Shown: piece by piece, positions 1 to 10,202 of the stretch
Layout: each line of letters starts with the position of its first letter
How positions within the stretch are numbered: the first letter of the stretch is position 1
Origin: an uncultured delta proteobacterium
Lineage (GTDB): Bacteria > Desulfobacterota > Desulfomonilia > UBA1062
NCBI GenBank assembly: GCA_963798485.1
Contig: CAWCTR010000005.1
Coordinates: 32,001-96,000 of the forward strand
Direction: 5' to 3'
DNA length: 64,000 bases
Position numbers and translations under genes: made by a program
The notes under the pieces: model-generated
What the model was told of the DNA's origin: nothing
The model's input: only the letters and a program-made list of their open reading frames with translations
The model's database searches: none

Positions 1-2
1 TG

Positions 3-1430
3 GTAAGGGATTACCCGCTCACGATTCGGCATACGTCAGGCAAAACAACCGATGTACTGTACAATGCGACGGTTTACAGAAACGGGTCAGGAGAAATGCA
101 AGGCGTTTTTGCGGCCGCGCGTGACGTTACCGAGCGCAAGCGGGCCGAAGAAGCGTTGCGACAGTCGGAGCGCAGAAAGACGATCCTGAACCGGATCGCA
201 AACGTCTTTCTCACCGTCCCGGACGTAGAGACATACGGTGAGGTGTTGACAATCGTTCTTGATGAAATGGAAAGCAAGTACGGCGTTTTTGGGTTCATTG
301 CGGACAATGGGGACCTGGTCGTACCAAGCATGACCAAAGAAATATGGTGTGATTGTCAGGTCCCTAACAAGACAATTGTCTTTCCATCAACTACCTGGGG
401 CGATAGTATTTGGGGAAGAGCGATCAGAGAGCAAAAGACTTTCTACTCCGATGGCCCCTTTCATATACCGGATGGCCACATTCACATTAACAGTTTTCTC
501 ACGGCACCGATTGTCTTTGGAAACAAGACCATAGGGTTGCTTTCCGTTGCCAATCGAGTACGAGGTTATACCGAAGAGGACAAGGACTTGCTGGAGAGCA
601 TTACCCATTACATCTCCCCCATTCTCAACGCGCGGTTACAAAGAGACCAGCTAGAAAAGGAGCGCAAACTGGCGGAAGACGAAATCCACAAACTCAATCA
701 GGAACTAGAACAGCGCGTAGCCGAGCGCACCGCGCAACTCAAAGCGGCGAACAATGAACTGGAGGCTTTTGCCTACTCGATCTCGCACGACCTGCGCGCG
801 CCGCTGCGCCATATCGACGGCTTTCTGGAATTGCTCCAGGAGCGGATCGCGGCGACACTGGACGAACAGAGCCGGCACTATATGGCAACCATCTCCGACT
901 CGGCAAGGCGCATGGGCATGTTGATTGACGACCTTCTCTCCTTCTCCCGGATGGGGCGTTATGAGATGTCCAAATTTCAAGTTGACCTTGGGGTTCTGGT
1001 CCAGGAGGTCATCAGGGAATTAGAGCCGGAGACACATGACAGAGCCATCCATTGGCGCATCGAAGACCTTCCAGTGGTCACCGGGGATCGCGCCATGTTG
1101 CGGATCGTGCTGGTCAATTTGATATCGAATGCACTGAAATTCACCCGGCCGTGTCCGCAACCGGAAATCGAGATCGGCTGTCTGCCAAGCCGGGAAACAC
1201 AGACGACAGTATTCGTACGCGATAACGGCGTGGGCTTTGATATGAAGTATGCCGACAAACTCTTTGGCGTCTTTCAACGCTTGCACCGCACCGATGAATT
1301 TGAAGGCGTCGGGATCGGCCTGGCAAATGTTCGCCGGATCATCAAACGGCACGGCGGCAAAACGTGGGCTGAAGGGCAACTCAACCAGGGCGCCACGGTT
1401 TATTTTTCACTTCCCCAGCCTAATCAGTAG
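3..1430 (+). CDS. PAS/GAF sensor histidine kinase (5' truncated by window edge)
   Basis: Frame open from position 3; PAC end (ARDVTERK), GAF, H-box FAYSISHDLRAPLRHI, N-box NLISNALKF, DNGVGF, GIGLA. Confidence 0.93.
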   Translation, partial: VRDYPLTIRHTSGKTTDVLYNATVYRNGSGEMQGVFAAARDVTERKRAEEALRQSERRKTILNRIANVFLTVPDVETYGEVLTIVLDEMESKYGVFGFIADNGDLVVPSMTKEIWCDCQVPNKTIVFPSTTWGDSIWGRAIREQKTFYSDGPFHIPDGHIHINSFLTAPIVFGNKTIGLLSVANRVRGYTEEDKDLLESITHYISPILNARLQRDQLEKERKLAEDEIHKLNQELEQRVAERTAQLKAANNELEAFAYSISHDLRAPLRHIDGFLELLQERIAATLDEQSRHYMATISDSARRMGMLIDDLLSFSRMGRYEMSKFQVDLGVLVQEVIRELEPETHDRAIHWRIEDLPVVTGDRAMLRIVLVNLISNALKFTRPCPQPEIEIGCLPSRETQTTVFVRDNGVGFDMKYADKLFGVFQRLHRTDEFEGVGIGLANVRRIIKRHGGKTWAEGQLNQGATVYFSLPQPNQ

Positions 1431-1441
1431 GGAGCATAACC

Positions 1442-1490
1442 ATAGAAAAACGCAGACGCATTCTTCTTGTGGAAGATGATCACGGTGGTC
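1442..1490 (+). pseudogene. N-terminal remnant of a CheY-like response regulator
   Basis: After GGAG, reads IEKRRRILLVEDD (receiver beta1 plus acidic pocket) from an ATA codon; the rest of the domain is missing. Confidence 0.6.
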
Positions 1491-1518
1491 TTTTATCGTC
1501 ATTCGGAAGGAGGTGGAT

Positions 1519-3978
1519 ATGGTGGACCAGATAGTCCGTGTCCTGCACCTGGAAGATAATGCAGCTGATGCAGAGCTCGTCCACGCGACGCTCGAATCGG
1601 TCGGCATCTCCTGTGAGATCACCCCTGTCCAAACGCGGGAAGAATACAGTGATTCCTTACGTAAGGGTGGATACGATATAATTCTCGCAGATTATCGGCT
1701 TCCGGGGTATGAGGGCATGTCGGCACTGCGGCTGACACAGGAACTATGTCCCCATATTCCCTTTATCTTCGTCTCCGGAACCATGGGCGAGGATGCTGCG
1801 ATCGAGGCTCTTACCGAAGGCGCGACGGATTATGTGCTCAAACAGAAGCTTTCACGTCTTGCCCCGGCGATCAAACGGGCGTTATACGAGGCTGAGAACC
1901 AACGGGAGCGCAAGCGAGCAGAGGAACGACTCGCCAAACTGAACGAGCGCTTTCTCATGTTTGGGGCCGATCCGCTCGCCAATATCAACCTGCTTGTTGC
2001 TCTTTGCGGAGAGTTGATGGGTGCCACGTGTGCGCTCTACAACCGCCTCCAGGGTGATATGCTCTGTTCTCTCGGACAGTGGAATACTCCTCAGGGTTAT
2101 CGGTCTACCGATCTTCCGGAGGGACACATCTGCTATGATGTCATCAACTCCACTAACGATAGTATTGTTTTCATCAGTAATCTGCAGGACTCACCCTATG
2201 CCCGGACAGATCCCAACGTCCGACTGTACCAGCTGAAAACGTACATTGGTAAGGCAGTGAAATTCGGAGGCGAAAACGTCGGTTCCCTATGTATCGTGTT
2301 TCAACATGATGTCATTCCAAGCGATAATGATATGCATTTGATGGACCTCATCGCATCGGCAATCGGAGTAGAGGAGGATCGCAAACGGGCGGAAGAAGCG
2401 CTGCGGGAGAGTGAGGCCAAGTACCGGGCCCTGACGGAAAAGATTAACGACGTAGTCTGGACAATGAATATCGATCGAACCCTTACCTATATCAGCCCTT
2501 CTGTCGAAAAGGCCCTGGGCTATACCCCGGAGGAACTGATAGGGCACAATGCAGGAGAAATCCTGACTTCTGAATCTCTTGCTCATGCCATGGAAATACA
2601 GGGAAAAGAGCTGGACCGTGACGGACAGGAAGGGGTTGACCCGTACAGGTCCGTTTTGTACGAGATAGCATATAATCACAAAAACGGCTCAATCGTCTGG
2701 TTTGAAAACGTTGCAAGCGCCATCCGGGACGATCGTGGACGGATCATAGGGATCCAAGGTGTATCCCGCGACATCACCGAGCGCAAGCGAGCGGAGGAGG
2801 AGAAGGCGAAGCTTGAGTCCCAAAGCCGGCAACTCCAGAAGGCCGAAAGCCTGACCCGTATGGCCGGGGCCATAGCCCATCACTTCAACAACCAGCTCCA
2901 AGCAGTGATAGGTAACCTGGAACTGGCCATGGTGGACTTGCCACGGGGTAAGGACCCTGCCGAGAGTCTTATCGCAGCCATGCTGGCAGCCGGCAAGGCA
3001 GCTGAGGTGAGCGGATTGATGCTGGCCTATCTTGGACAAACGCCAAGCAAATTTGAGCCGTTGGATCTTTCCGAGACCTGCCGACGATGCCTGCCCATGC
3101 TCCTGGTCTCCATACCAAAAGGTGTGGTACTTCAGACCGATTTGCCTTCACCCGGGCCGACCATCAACGCAAACGAGAACCAGATACAACGGGCCCTGAC
3201 CAACCTGGTCACCAATGCCAGAGAGGCCGTCGGTGAGGCAGGGGGTACCATTAATCTGAGAGTCAAAACGGTTTCCCCATCGGAAATTCCCGCATCGCAC
3301 CGCTTTCCCATCGGCTGGCAGCCGAAGGACCTTGCATATACCTGCCTTGAAATAATAGACGCGGGGTGCGGGGTCGCGCACAATGATATCGAAAAGCTTT
3401 TCGATCCGTTTTTCTCCAGTAAGTTTACCGGCCGTGGCCTGGGCCTGCCCGTGGTCCTGGGGATTGTACGGGCACACCATGGAGCTATCACGGTGGAGAG
3501 CGATCCGGGCCGGGGGAGCGCCTTTCGGGTCTTTTTACCGGTATCGGCTGAAGAAGTCCTCCGGCAGCCGGACGAAACGGCCAAAATCACTAAATTTGAA
3601 AGGGGCGGCACGGTACTGCTGGTCGAAGACGATGAGTTGGTGCGCAACATGACCGCGACTATGCTCACGCGCCTGGGGTTTACGGTTTTCGAAGCAAAGG
3701 ACGGTGTGGAGGCTGTGGAGGTGTTCCGGCAACGCAAGGATGAAATTCGTTTCGTCCTTTGCGATCTGACCATGCCACGAATGGATGGCTGGGAGACACT
3801 CACAGCGCTCCGCAAAATCACGCCCGACATCCCGGTGATACTGGCCAGCGGTTATGATGAGACTAAGGTCATGGCAGGCGACCATCCCGAATGGCCCCAG
3901 GCCTTTTTAGGGAAGCCTTATAAGCTTAAGGCGCTTAACTACGCAATTTGCCATGCCCTGGTCAACAGAAAGAAATGA
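1519..3978 (+). CDS. Hybrid sensor kinase REC-GAF-PAS-HisKA-HATPase-REC
   Basis: LHLEDN...ILADYRLP receiver; AGAIAHHFNNQL H-box; GRGLGL; C-terminal LLVEDD...LCDLTMP receiver; GGAGG before ATG 1519. Confidence 0.93.
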   Translation: MVDQIVRVLHLEDNAADAELVHATLESVGISCEITPVQTREEYSDSLRKGGYDIILADYRLPGYEGMSALRLTQELCPHIPFIFVSGTMGEDAAIEALTEGATDYVLKQKLSRLAPAIKRALYEAENQRERKRAEERLAKLNERFLMFGADPLANINLLVALCGELMGATCALYNRLQGDMLCSLGQWNTPQGYRSTDLPEGHICYDVINSTNDSIVFISNLQDSPYARTDPNVRLYQLKTYIGKAVKFGGENVGSLCIVFQHDVIPSDNDMHLMDLIASAIGVEEDRKRAEEALRESEAKYRALTEKINDVVWTMNIDRTLTYISPSVEKALGYTPEELIGHNAGEILTSESLAHAMEIQGKELDRDGQEGVDPYRSVLYEIAYNHKNGSIVWFENVASAIRDDRGRIIGIQGVSRDITERKRAEEEKAKLESQSRQLQKAESLTRMAGAIAHHFNNQLQAVIGNLELAMVDLPRGKDPAESLIAAMLAAGKAAEVSGLMLAYLGQTPSKFEPLDLSETCRRCLPMLLVSIPKGVVLQTDLPSPGPTINANENQIQRALTNLVTNAREAVGEAGGTINLRVKTVSPSEIPASHRFPIGWQPKDLAYTCLEIIDAGCGVAHNDIEKLFDPFFSSKFTGRGLGLPVVLGIVRAHHGAITVESDPGRGSAFRVFLPVSAEEVLRQPDETAKITKFERGGTVLLVEDDELVRNMTATMLTRLGFTVFEAKDGVEAVEVFRQRKDEIRFVLCDLTMPRMDGWETLTALRKITPDIPVILASGYDETKVMAGDHPEWPQAFLGKPYKLKALNYAICHALVNRKK

Positions 3979-4017
3979 GTGTCTTTTGACAAGTGAACTT
4001 GGCTATGAAAAAATTGA

Positions 4018-4422
4018 TTAGCGGGAGCCGATAACTTTCTCCAGTTCCTGCACATGCTCTTCATCGGTAAGGAAGCCGTCATCTACAATGAACTCTTCCT
4101 TGTCTGCAACTATCCTGAGATAGAGCTCATTGTCATTAAACCATCCTTTTCTGCCTCCCTCTACGCGGGTTACATCCGATTTTCGGATAGTCCAGTTCCG
4201 GAATCCCCTGTGTATGATCTTTTCATCATCAATTTCAAGGTAATGACCCTGGCCTTTCCGTATAACCCAACCGCCCATCAAGAAGACGGCACCGCATAAG
4301 AAAGGTATTATTCCGGAATCAAGTCCTGACTCGGAAATAACCAAGGAAAGACAAACAACACCAATGACCAGTGGGATGATATATACATATTTTCTTTTAT
4401 GAAATTGCTTGTAATACCGCAT
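4018..4422 (-). CDS. Hypothetical membrane protein (2 TM + possible PH-like domain)
   Basis: Two hydrophobic helices followed by a soluble beta-rich domain. Confidence 0.65.
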   Translation of the reverse strand: MRYYKQFHKRKYVYIIPLVIGVVCLSLVISESGLDSGIIPFLCGAVFLMGGWVIRKGQGHYLEIDDEKIIHRGFRNWTIRKSDVTRVEGGRKGWFNDNELYLRIVADKEEFIVDDGFLTDEEHVQELEKVIGSR

Positions 4423-4574
4423 CAGCCCTTCTCCGACGTTACTTAAAACCCTTTTGCTCAGTAAATATGCAAGTTACTTATCGGTATTGATGTTAGCCGA
4501 AATAAATATTGTTATAACGTGGCGGCAGATGATAACATCGTTACATTAAGAGGTTGTAAGGAAAGGAAGACTTT

Positions 4575-4676
4575 ATGGCCAAATCACAGGATACCAGAAA
4601 ACAAGAGAAGAAAAAGCCGCAGAAGACTACGAAAGAGAAGAAACTGGCAAAGCTTGAGAAGAAAAAGGGTAGATAA
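4575..4676 (+). CDS. Small Lys-rich protein (33 aa, MAKSQDTRKQEKKKPQKTTKEKKLAKLEKKKGR)
   Basis: Purine-rich RBS AGGAAAGGAAG, ATG 4575, TAA 4674-4676; below the ORF-track cutoff. Confidence 0.6.
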   Translation: MAKSQDTRKQEKKKPQKTTKEKKLAKLEKKKGR

Positions 4677-4750
4677 CCCATCACTTAAGCCGGTAGACTG
4701 GGTTGAACTTGAGAAACCCGACATCAGGCCGAATTTAAAAAGTCAAGATC

Positions 4751-4808
4751 TGTAGGAGCGGCTTCAGCCGCGATAGAATCCTTTATCACTCCTGAAGGCG
4801 CCCCTACA
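4751..4808. repeat. GTAG-type REP doublet
   Basis: TGTAGGAGCGGCTTCAGCCGCGAT followed by a diverged inverted copy ending CCCCTACA. Confidence 0.8.
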
Positions 4809-4845
4809 GCTTGCGAAACCGATTATGTCCTGTTCAATTTAAACC

Positions 4846-6342
4846 CTACCGGACCTCTACCTGAATATACCCGGTCTGGCCGGTCCGGTGGTCAACGACG
4901 AATATGGTGATCCCCTGACGAGACGGTAGTGCATTCACGACGGATACGAATTTCTCCACGCTGTCTATGGGCTGGTCGTTTATCTTAAGGATCAGGTCAT
5001 CCACCTCAAAACCTGCCTTGGAAAGAGGCCCTTTCGGATCGAGCCAGTTTATGACGACTCCCTGGTTCTGATCGAGGCCGTATTGGGATACCTCAGTGTC
5101 TTTCAAAGGCCTCACGTCCACTCCCAGCTTGTCCCTCAGCGAGGCTGCCATAATCTTGGCTGCATCACCGAGGTTCCCGACCTTTACTGCAATGGTGAGC
5201 CTCTTTCCATCGCGCATGATGCCGAGGTTCACCTCTTTGCCGATAGGGATTCCTGCCACCAGGTTCCTCAGTTCGCCGGAATCCGCAATAGCCTTTCCCT
5301 CCAGGGTCATGATCACGTCACCCGGCTTTATTCCTGCCTTGGCTGCAGGGCCTTCCTTTACCACATCCATCACGTAGGCACCCTTTGGAGCAGTGAGCTT
5401 GAGAGATTTCATCTTATCAAAAGAGATATCCTGGAGTGATATCCCAAGCCAGCCCCGCTGGACCTTGCCTGTTCCCATTAAGGACTTTGCTATATGCAGC
5501 GCCATGTTGCTCGGTATGGCGAATCCAAGCCCTTCAGAACCGCCTGATTGCGAGGCGATGATGGAATTCACCCCGATGACCTGGCCGTCAAGGTTGAGCA
5601 GCGGGCCTCCGCTGTTGCCCGGGTTTATCGCTGCATCGGTCTGGAGGAAGTCCTGGTATGTGCTCGGGTCGCTTATACCCTGTCTGTGCTTGGCGCTTAT
5701 GATGCCCTGGGTCACGGTCTGGTCAAGACCCCGCGGGTGGCCGATGGCCACAACCCATTCCCCTACCTGGACCTTGTCTGAATCACCGAAGGTGACATAG
5801 GGGAGCCTTTCCTTTGTGGACACCTTTATAACGGCAAGGTCCGTCTTCGGATCGGTGCCGACGACCTTGGCCTGGTACTGGCTTTCATTGGAGAGGATTA
5901 CCTGTATCTGGGTCGCACCGGCCACGACATGGTTATTGGTAAGGATGTAACCGTCCTGGTTGATGATCATGCCTGTGCCGATCCCTTTCAGCTCGCGTTT
6001 GAATTTTCTGGGGCCTTGGGGAAAATCAAAGAACCTTCGGAAGAACGGGTCACCCTCAAACTGGGAGAACGGGTTAGCGACCTCCTGCCTTTGCATCACC
6101 TCGATATGCACGACCGCAGGGATATTCTTGTCGGCTACATTGATGATGGCATTACGGAAGTCCCTCTCGTTCATTGGCGCCTTTGTAGGCGGGGCCTGCG
6201 TCACCTGTGTGACAACCGTTGATTCGCCATGGCTCGCAGGTGCCGGGCTTGCGGGTTGCGGTGCCTCCTTCTTTGTGCAGGCGCCTATGAACAAACTCAA
6301 GACAAGGATGAGTGCGATGAGGTAATGAGGATAGCGTTTCAT
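4846..6342 (-). CDS. degP: Do/DegP family serine endoprotease, lipoprotein
   Basis: LTNNHVV, TDLAV, QTDAAINPGNSGGPL catalytic motifs; two PDZ domains; lipobox IGAC. Confidence 0.93.
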   Translation of the reverse strand: MKRYPHYLIALILVLSLFIGACTKKEAPQPASPAPASHGESTVVTQVTQAPPTKAPMNERDFRNAIINVADKNIPAVVHIEVMQRQEVANPFSQFEGDPFFRRFFDFPQGPRKFKRELKGIGTGMIINQDGYILTNNHVVAGATQIQVILSNESQYQAKVVGTDPKTDLAVIKVSTKERLPYVTFGDSDKVQVGEWVVAIGHPRGLDQTVTQGIISAKHRQGISDPSTYQDFLQTDAAINPGNSGGPLLNLDGQVIGVNSIIASQSGGSEGLGFAIPSNMALHIAKSLMGTGKVQRGWLGISLQDISFDKMKSLKLTAPKGAYVMDVVKEGPAAKAGIKPGDVIMTLEGKAIADSGELRNLVAGIPIGKEVNLGIMRDGKRLTIAVKVGNLGDAAKIMAASLRDKLGVDVRPLKDTEVSQYGLDQNQGVVINWLDPKGPLSKAGFEVDDLILKINDQPIDSVEKFVSVVNALPSRQGITIFVVDHRTGQTGYIQVEVR

Positions 6343-6460
6343 GGGTTCTCCTTTTCCATGGCAATAAAAATTTAATTATCAATAGTACCGTGTTTGAAAA
6401 ATCTCAAGGTCTTAAATGACGAACTTTTTCCCTGCATGAAATGAAAATAGATGACAAAGT

Positions 6461-6967
6461 ATGCAACGCTGTCATAAAATAACAATTATGGAAGCAGCAC
6501 GCTCAGATAGTATTCAAATTCCGGCCCTGGGATACGACCCCGGGGTAAGCCTCCCAAGCACTGTTGAGAACGCCTTCGTGGAAGTCGAGGAGGGCGGCAA
6601 AAAGAAATTCGTATCTGCCACATCAACCCTGGTGCATGACGGCATGGCCGTTTACACCGATTTCGAAGACCTGACCGGTTATCGCAATATATATCTCCGG
6701 TCCCTGCTCAAGAATCATTGCGGCGACTGCATCGGCATACAGTGCTATATCCAAGGATCGTGGCGTCTTCTGGAAGGCCTTGCTGCCGAATTGAGGCGGC
6801 GCAGGCTGTCCGAGCGGTTCAGGATCAAAGCTCGGTTATGCACCGTCCAATACGAAGGTGGGCCGAATGTCGTAATCGGCAAGAAGATCGTCAGCCAGGT
6901 TGATACGGCAACCGCTTCTGCGTTTATCGATGCCCATCTAATGCAGTTGCTCGAGGGGAAACAGTAG
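6461..6967 (+). pseudogene. Degenerate fusion of a hydrogenase/NuoG-type N-terminal Fe-S domain and a thioredoxin-like 2Fe-2S domain
   Basis: TIMEAAR..IQIPAL..VEVE..DGMAVYT..LLKNHCGDC pattern with the 2Fe-2S cysteines lost, joined to CYIQGS..ARLC..GPNVVIG; catalytic core absent. Confidence 0.55.
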
Positions 6968-6984
6968 TCAGGAGAGTAAGGTAT

Positions 6985-7260
6985 ATGATCATTGTAACTA
7001 TTTGCGTCGGCAGCTCGTGCAGCATTCGCGGTTCGGACGAGCTTGCCTCCGAGATCCAGCGTTTCATTGAAAAAGAGGGCCTGGAGGGACTGGTGGACAT
7101 TGTCGGTTCCTTCTGCAGGGACACCTGTTCCAAAGGGGTGTCCATTCATGTCGGTGACCGTGCGTTCAGCGGCATCCGTCCTGAAGGCGCCGAGGCGTTT
7201 TTTTATAAAGAGATCATGCCATACGTAAACAGTGACTTATTGTACAAAAAAGATACATGA
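6985..7260 (+). CDS. Thioredoxin-like 2Fe-2S ferredoxin (HfsA-like)
   Basis: ICVGSSC..RGS and GSFCRDTC motifs; gene context. Confidence 0.85.
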   Translation: MIIVTICVGSSCSIRGSDELASEIQRFIEKEGLEGLVDIVGSFCRDTCSKGVSIHVGDRAFSGIRPEGAEAFFYKEIMPYVNSDLLYKKDT

Positions 7261-7293
7261 GGCACCATGACATCGTTTTGAAGAGGTGACATC

Positions 7294-9009
7294 ATGAACG
7301 AACCGGTTATCGTAACGAACCACCAGCGTTGCCGCGACTGCTACCGTTGCGTGCACGCATGTGCAGTAAAGGCCATACGGGTCAAGGAAGGCCGGGTTCA
7401 GGTCGTGCCCGGGCTCTGTATCATGTGCGGTTCGTGCGTGCGCACCTGTCCCCAGAAAGCCGTGAACGTCCCGAGCGCCAGACTGGACATCATCAAGGCC
7501 AGGGACGAAGGGCGTAAGATCGTTGCCTCGGTGTCACCCTCTGCGCCGGCCTTCTTTGATATGAGCACCTTTTCCGATCTGGAGAAGGCTCTGAAGGATC
7601 TCGGATTTCATGCCGCTGAAGAAACTGCCGTCGGTTGCAATATTGTTGCACTGGCGCACCGGGAGTACTTTGAGAAAGGCTCAGTCCCCATGCCGGTCAT
7701 CACTTCTACCTGCCCGGTGGCGGTCAACCTCATCGAACAGTATAATCCCGATCTCATACCCCATCTGGCCCCCATCGTTTCTCCCATGATCGCCCATGCA
7801 CGACTCCTGGCAAAGAGATACGGACCCGATGCCTACATTGTTTTTATCGGGCCGTGCCTTTCCAAGAAGAAGGAGATGTACGGTGAATCGATCTCGAACT
7901 TGATCTATGCCGTCATGACCTTCCTGGGACTCCAGGAATGGTTTACGGCAATGGGCATTGAGTGTAAAAGATCAGATGCGATCATGGAACCGTTTCCTGA
8001 AAAGGCGCGGCTGTTCGGCATTGAAGGCGGTCTGCTCGGTACTGCCGATATGAGCACCGATATCCTGGACAATAAAACGATTGTGGCTTCCGGACTGGAT
8101 GCCTGCCAGGATGTCCTGGGCGGGATCAGGACAGGCCAGCTGAATGCGAGTCTCGTGGAGCTCCTGGCCTGTAAGGGCGGGTGTGTGAACGGTCCGGCCA
8201 TGGCAGGCCTTGCGGGTGGAGTCACCTTGTCCCGTCAGAGGATCATCGAGTACTATACCCATAAGCAGCCGGATCTGCGCATACCCAGGGAGGAGTGGCC
8301 GTCTCTCACGCGTACCTACCGGGACAGGAAAGTGGATGTGCCTGAATTCAGCGAGGAGCAGATCCAGGAGGTCCTGCACCGGGTCAATAAATTTACACCC
8401 GAGGATGAGTTGAACTGTGGGGCCTGCGGTTATCCCAGCTGCCGGCAGAAGGCAATCGCATCATTGCGGGGACTGGCCGAGGTGACCATGTGCATTCCGT
8501 ACATGCGCAGCCGTTCGGAATCTCTGCGCCAGGTCGTCATGGACGTCACCCCCAATTCCATTATCATCATCGACAATGATCTCATTATACGCGGAATGTC
8601 TCCTTCAGCGGAAAGGCTGTTCAAATGCAAGCTGTCCGAGCTCGAAGGGAAACATCTTTCCCGTCTTATACCGGTACTTGATGATTTTTATTTGGTCCGG
8701 GACACGGGCCAGCCCATCTATGCCAGGCGCCGCAAGATCAGAGAGAATATTATTGCGGAGCAGACAGTTGTCCGGGTCGAGGGTCAGGCATTGATGGTCG
8801 CTATCCTCCGCGATATTACGGAACGGGAAGGAGAGCGGGAAAAATTCAATGCCATCCGCGAGGAAACCCTGCAACGCACCAAGGAGGTGGTGAGCAAACA
8901 GATGCGCGTGGCCCACGAGATCGCGCATCTCCTGGGTGAGACGACAGCCGAGAGCAAGACCATCTTTTCCCACCTGGCGAAGCTCCTCCAGGAGGATGGT
9001 GACAAGTGA
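7294..9009 (+). CDS. Sensory (group C) [FeFe]-hydrogenase-like protein with Fe-S and PAS domains (HfsB-like)
   Basis: Two CxxCxxCxxxC motifs; H-cluster motifs TSTCP, GPCLSKKKE, ELLACKGGCVNG; LNCGACGYPSC; PAS; KQMRVAHEIA tail. Confidence 0.9.
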   Translation: MNEPVIVTNHQRCRDCYRCVHACAVKAIRVKEGRVQVVPGLCIMCGSCVRTCPQKAVNVPSARLDIIKARDEGRKIVASVSPSAPAFFDMSTFSDLEKALKDLGFHAAEETAVGCNIVALAHREYFEKGSVPMPVITSTCPVAVNLIEQYNPDLIPHLAPIVSPMIAHARLLAKRYGPDAYIVFIGPCLSKKKEMYGESISNLIYAVMTFLGLQEWFTAMGIECKRSDAIMEPFPEKARLFGIEGGLLGTADMSTDILDNKTIVASGLDACQDVLGGIRTGQLNASLVELLACKGGCVNGPAMAGLAGGVTLSRQRIIEYYTHKQPDLRIPREEWPSLTRTYRDRKVDVPEFSEEQIQEVLHRVNKFTPEDELNCGACGYPSCRQKAIASLRGLAEVTMCIPYMRSRSESLRQVVMDVTPNSIIIIDNDLIIRGMSPSAERLFKCKLSELEGKHLSRLIPVLDDFYLVRDTGQPIYARRRKIRENIIAEQTVVRVEGQALMVAILRDITEREGEREKFNAIREETLQRTKEVVSKQMRVAHEIAHLLGETTAESKTIFSHLAKLLQEDGDK

Positions 9010-10187
9010 GGCAGATTGTCGAATTTTCCTGGACGAGCCTGAACAAGGCAGGGGAAGAGCTGTGCGGCGACTCGGTCATTATCAGATCGAAACCCGATTC
9101 TTTGGTGGTCGTGCTCTCCGACGGCCTGGGGAGCGGAGTCAAGGCAAGCATCTTATCGACGCTCACTGCCGAGATCGCCGCCCGGATGTTCGAATCGGGC
9201 GCTTATGTAGAAGATGTCATACAGACCCTGGTGGAAACCCTTCCGGAATGCAGTGTCCGAAAGCTGGCATATGCAACGTTTGCCGTCCTCACGGTCAATA
9301 ACGCACGCGATGCCCATCTCGTGGAGTTCGATTCCCCGCCTCTCATCCTGGTTCGTGACCATTCAATAGTGGATCTTCCCAGGGAAAAGCGGGAGGTAGG
9401 CGACCGGAAAATCCGAGAGGTGCGCTTCGAGCTCAGGGAAAACGATTACATGGTTCTGGTCAGCGACGGCTACGTGCATGCCGGATCGGGCGGGATATAC
9501 CGGCTGGGCTGGGGGTGGGACAATATAGCCTATGCAGTGCAGCGTTTCCTGAATAAAGGGGTCCTCGACACATTCAAGTTGACTCATGCGCTTTCCAACA
9601 CCTGTCTCAAGATCTATGAAGAAAAACCAGGTGATGACGCCACGGTCATCGGCATGAGGGTACGCCCTGCCAAATCCATTAACATCCTTACCGGACCGCC
9701 TGCAGACAAGGAGCTGGATGAATTAGCGGTCGTAAGACTTATGAGTTTGGAAGGGGAAAAGATCATCTGTGGCGGCAGTACTGCCCAGATGGCGGCCCGG
9801 GTCCTGAAGGAAGAGCTTGTTGTGAATTGGATACCACCGGCAAAAAGGAAGAATGATGCACCCAAGCACCGGAAAGGGTCCCCGCCGACAGCCTTCCTGA
9901 AGGGATTGGATCTGGTTACCGAAGGTATCCTCACCCTCGGGCAGGCAGTGGAGCTCCTCCGGGAGACAAAAAGCATCTATGATCTGCCCGATGACGATGA
10001 TGCATCTACTCTGCTGGTACGATCTCTCTTGATGGCAGACGAAATACACATGATAGTCGGTAAGGCGATCAACCCGAACCAGGTCGCCGACATCATCCGC
10101 GGAGAGCCCATGCGCATGGTCTATATCAGGGAGCTGGTGCAGGAGTTGTCCAAGCGTGAGAAATTCGTGGAGATTGAAAAGATCTGA
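9006..10187 (+). CDS. SpoIIE/PP2C-type serine phosphatase (HfsC-like)
   Basis: ELCGD, LSDGLGSGVKA, VSDG, GDDATV motifs; overlaps the upstream stop codon. Confidence 0.9.
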   Translation: MRQIVEFSWTSLNKAGEELCGDSVIIRSKPDSLVVVLSDGLGSGVKASILSTLTAEIAARMFESGAYVEDVIQTLVETLPECSVRKLAYATFAVLTVNNARDAHLVEFDSPPLILVRDHSIVDLPREKREVGDRKIREVRFELRENDYMVLVSDGYVHAGSGGIYRLGWGWDNIAYAVQRFLNKGVLDTFKLTHALSNTCLKIYEEKPGDDATVIGMRVRPAKSINILTGPPADKELDELAVVRLMSLEGEKIICGGSTAQMAARVLKEELVVNWIPPAKRKNDAPKHRKGSPPTAFLKGLDLVTEGILTLGQAVELLRETKSIYDLPDDDDASTLLVRSLLMADEIHMIVGKAINPNQVADIIRGEPMRMVYIRELVQELSKREKFVEIEKI

Positions 10188-10202
10188 TCTTCTAGGGAAT
10201 AA

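Noticed and set aside
4519-4755. 78-aa Arg-rich ORF
   Set aside because: Alternative frame of the better-supported 33-aa ORF that has an RBS.
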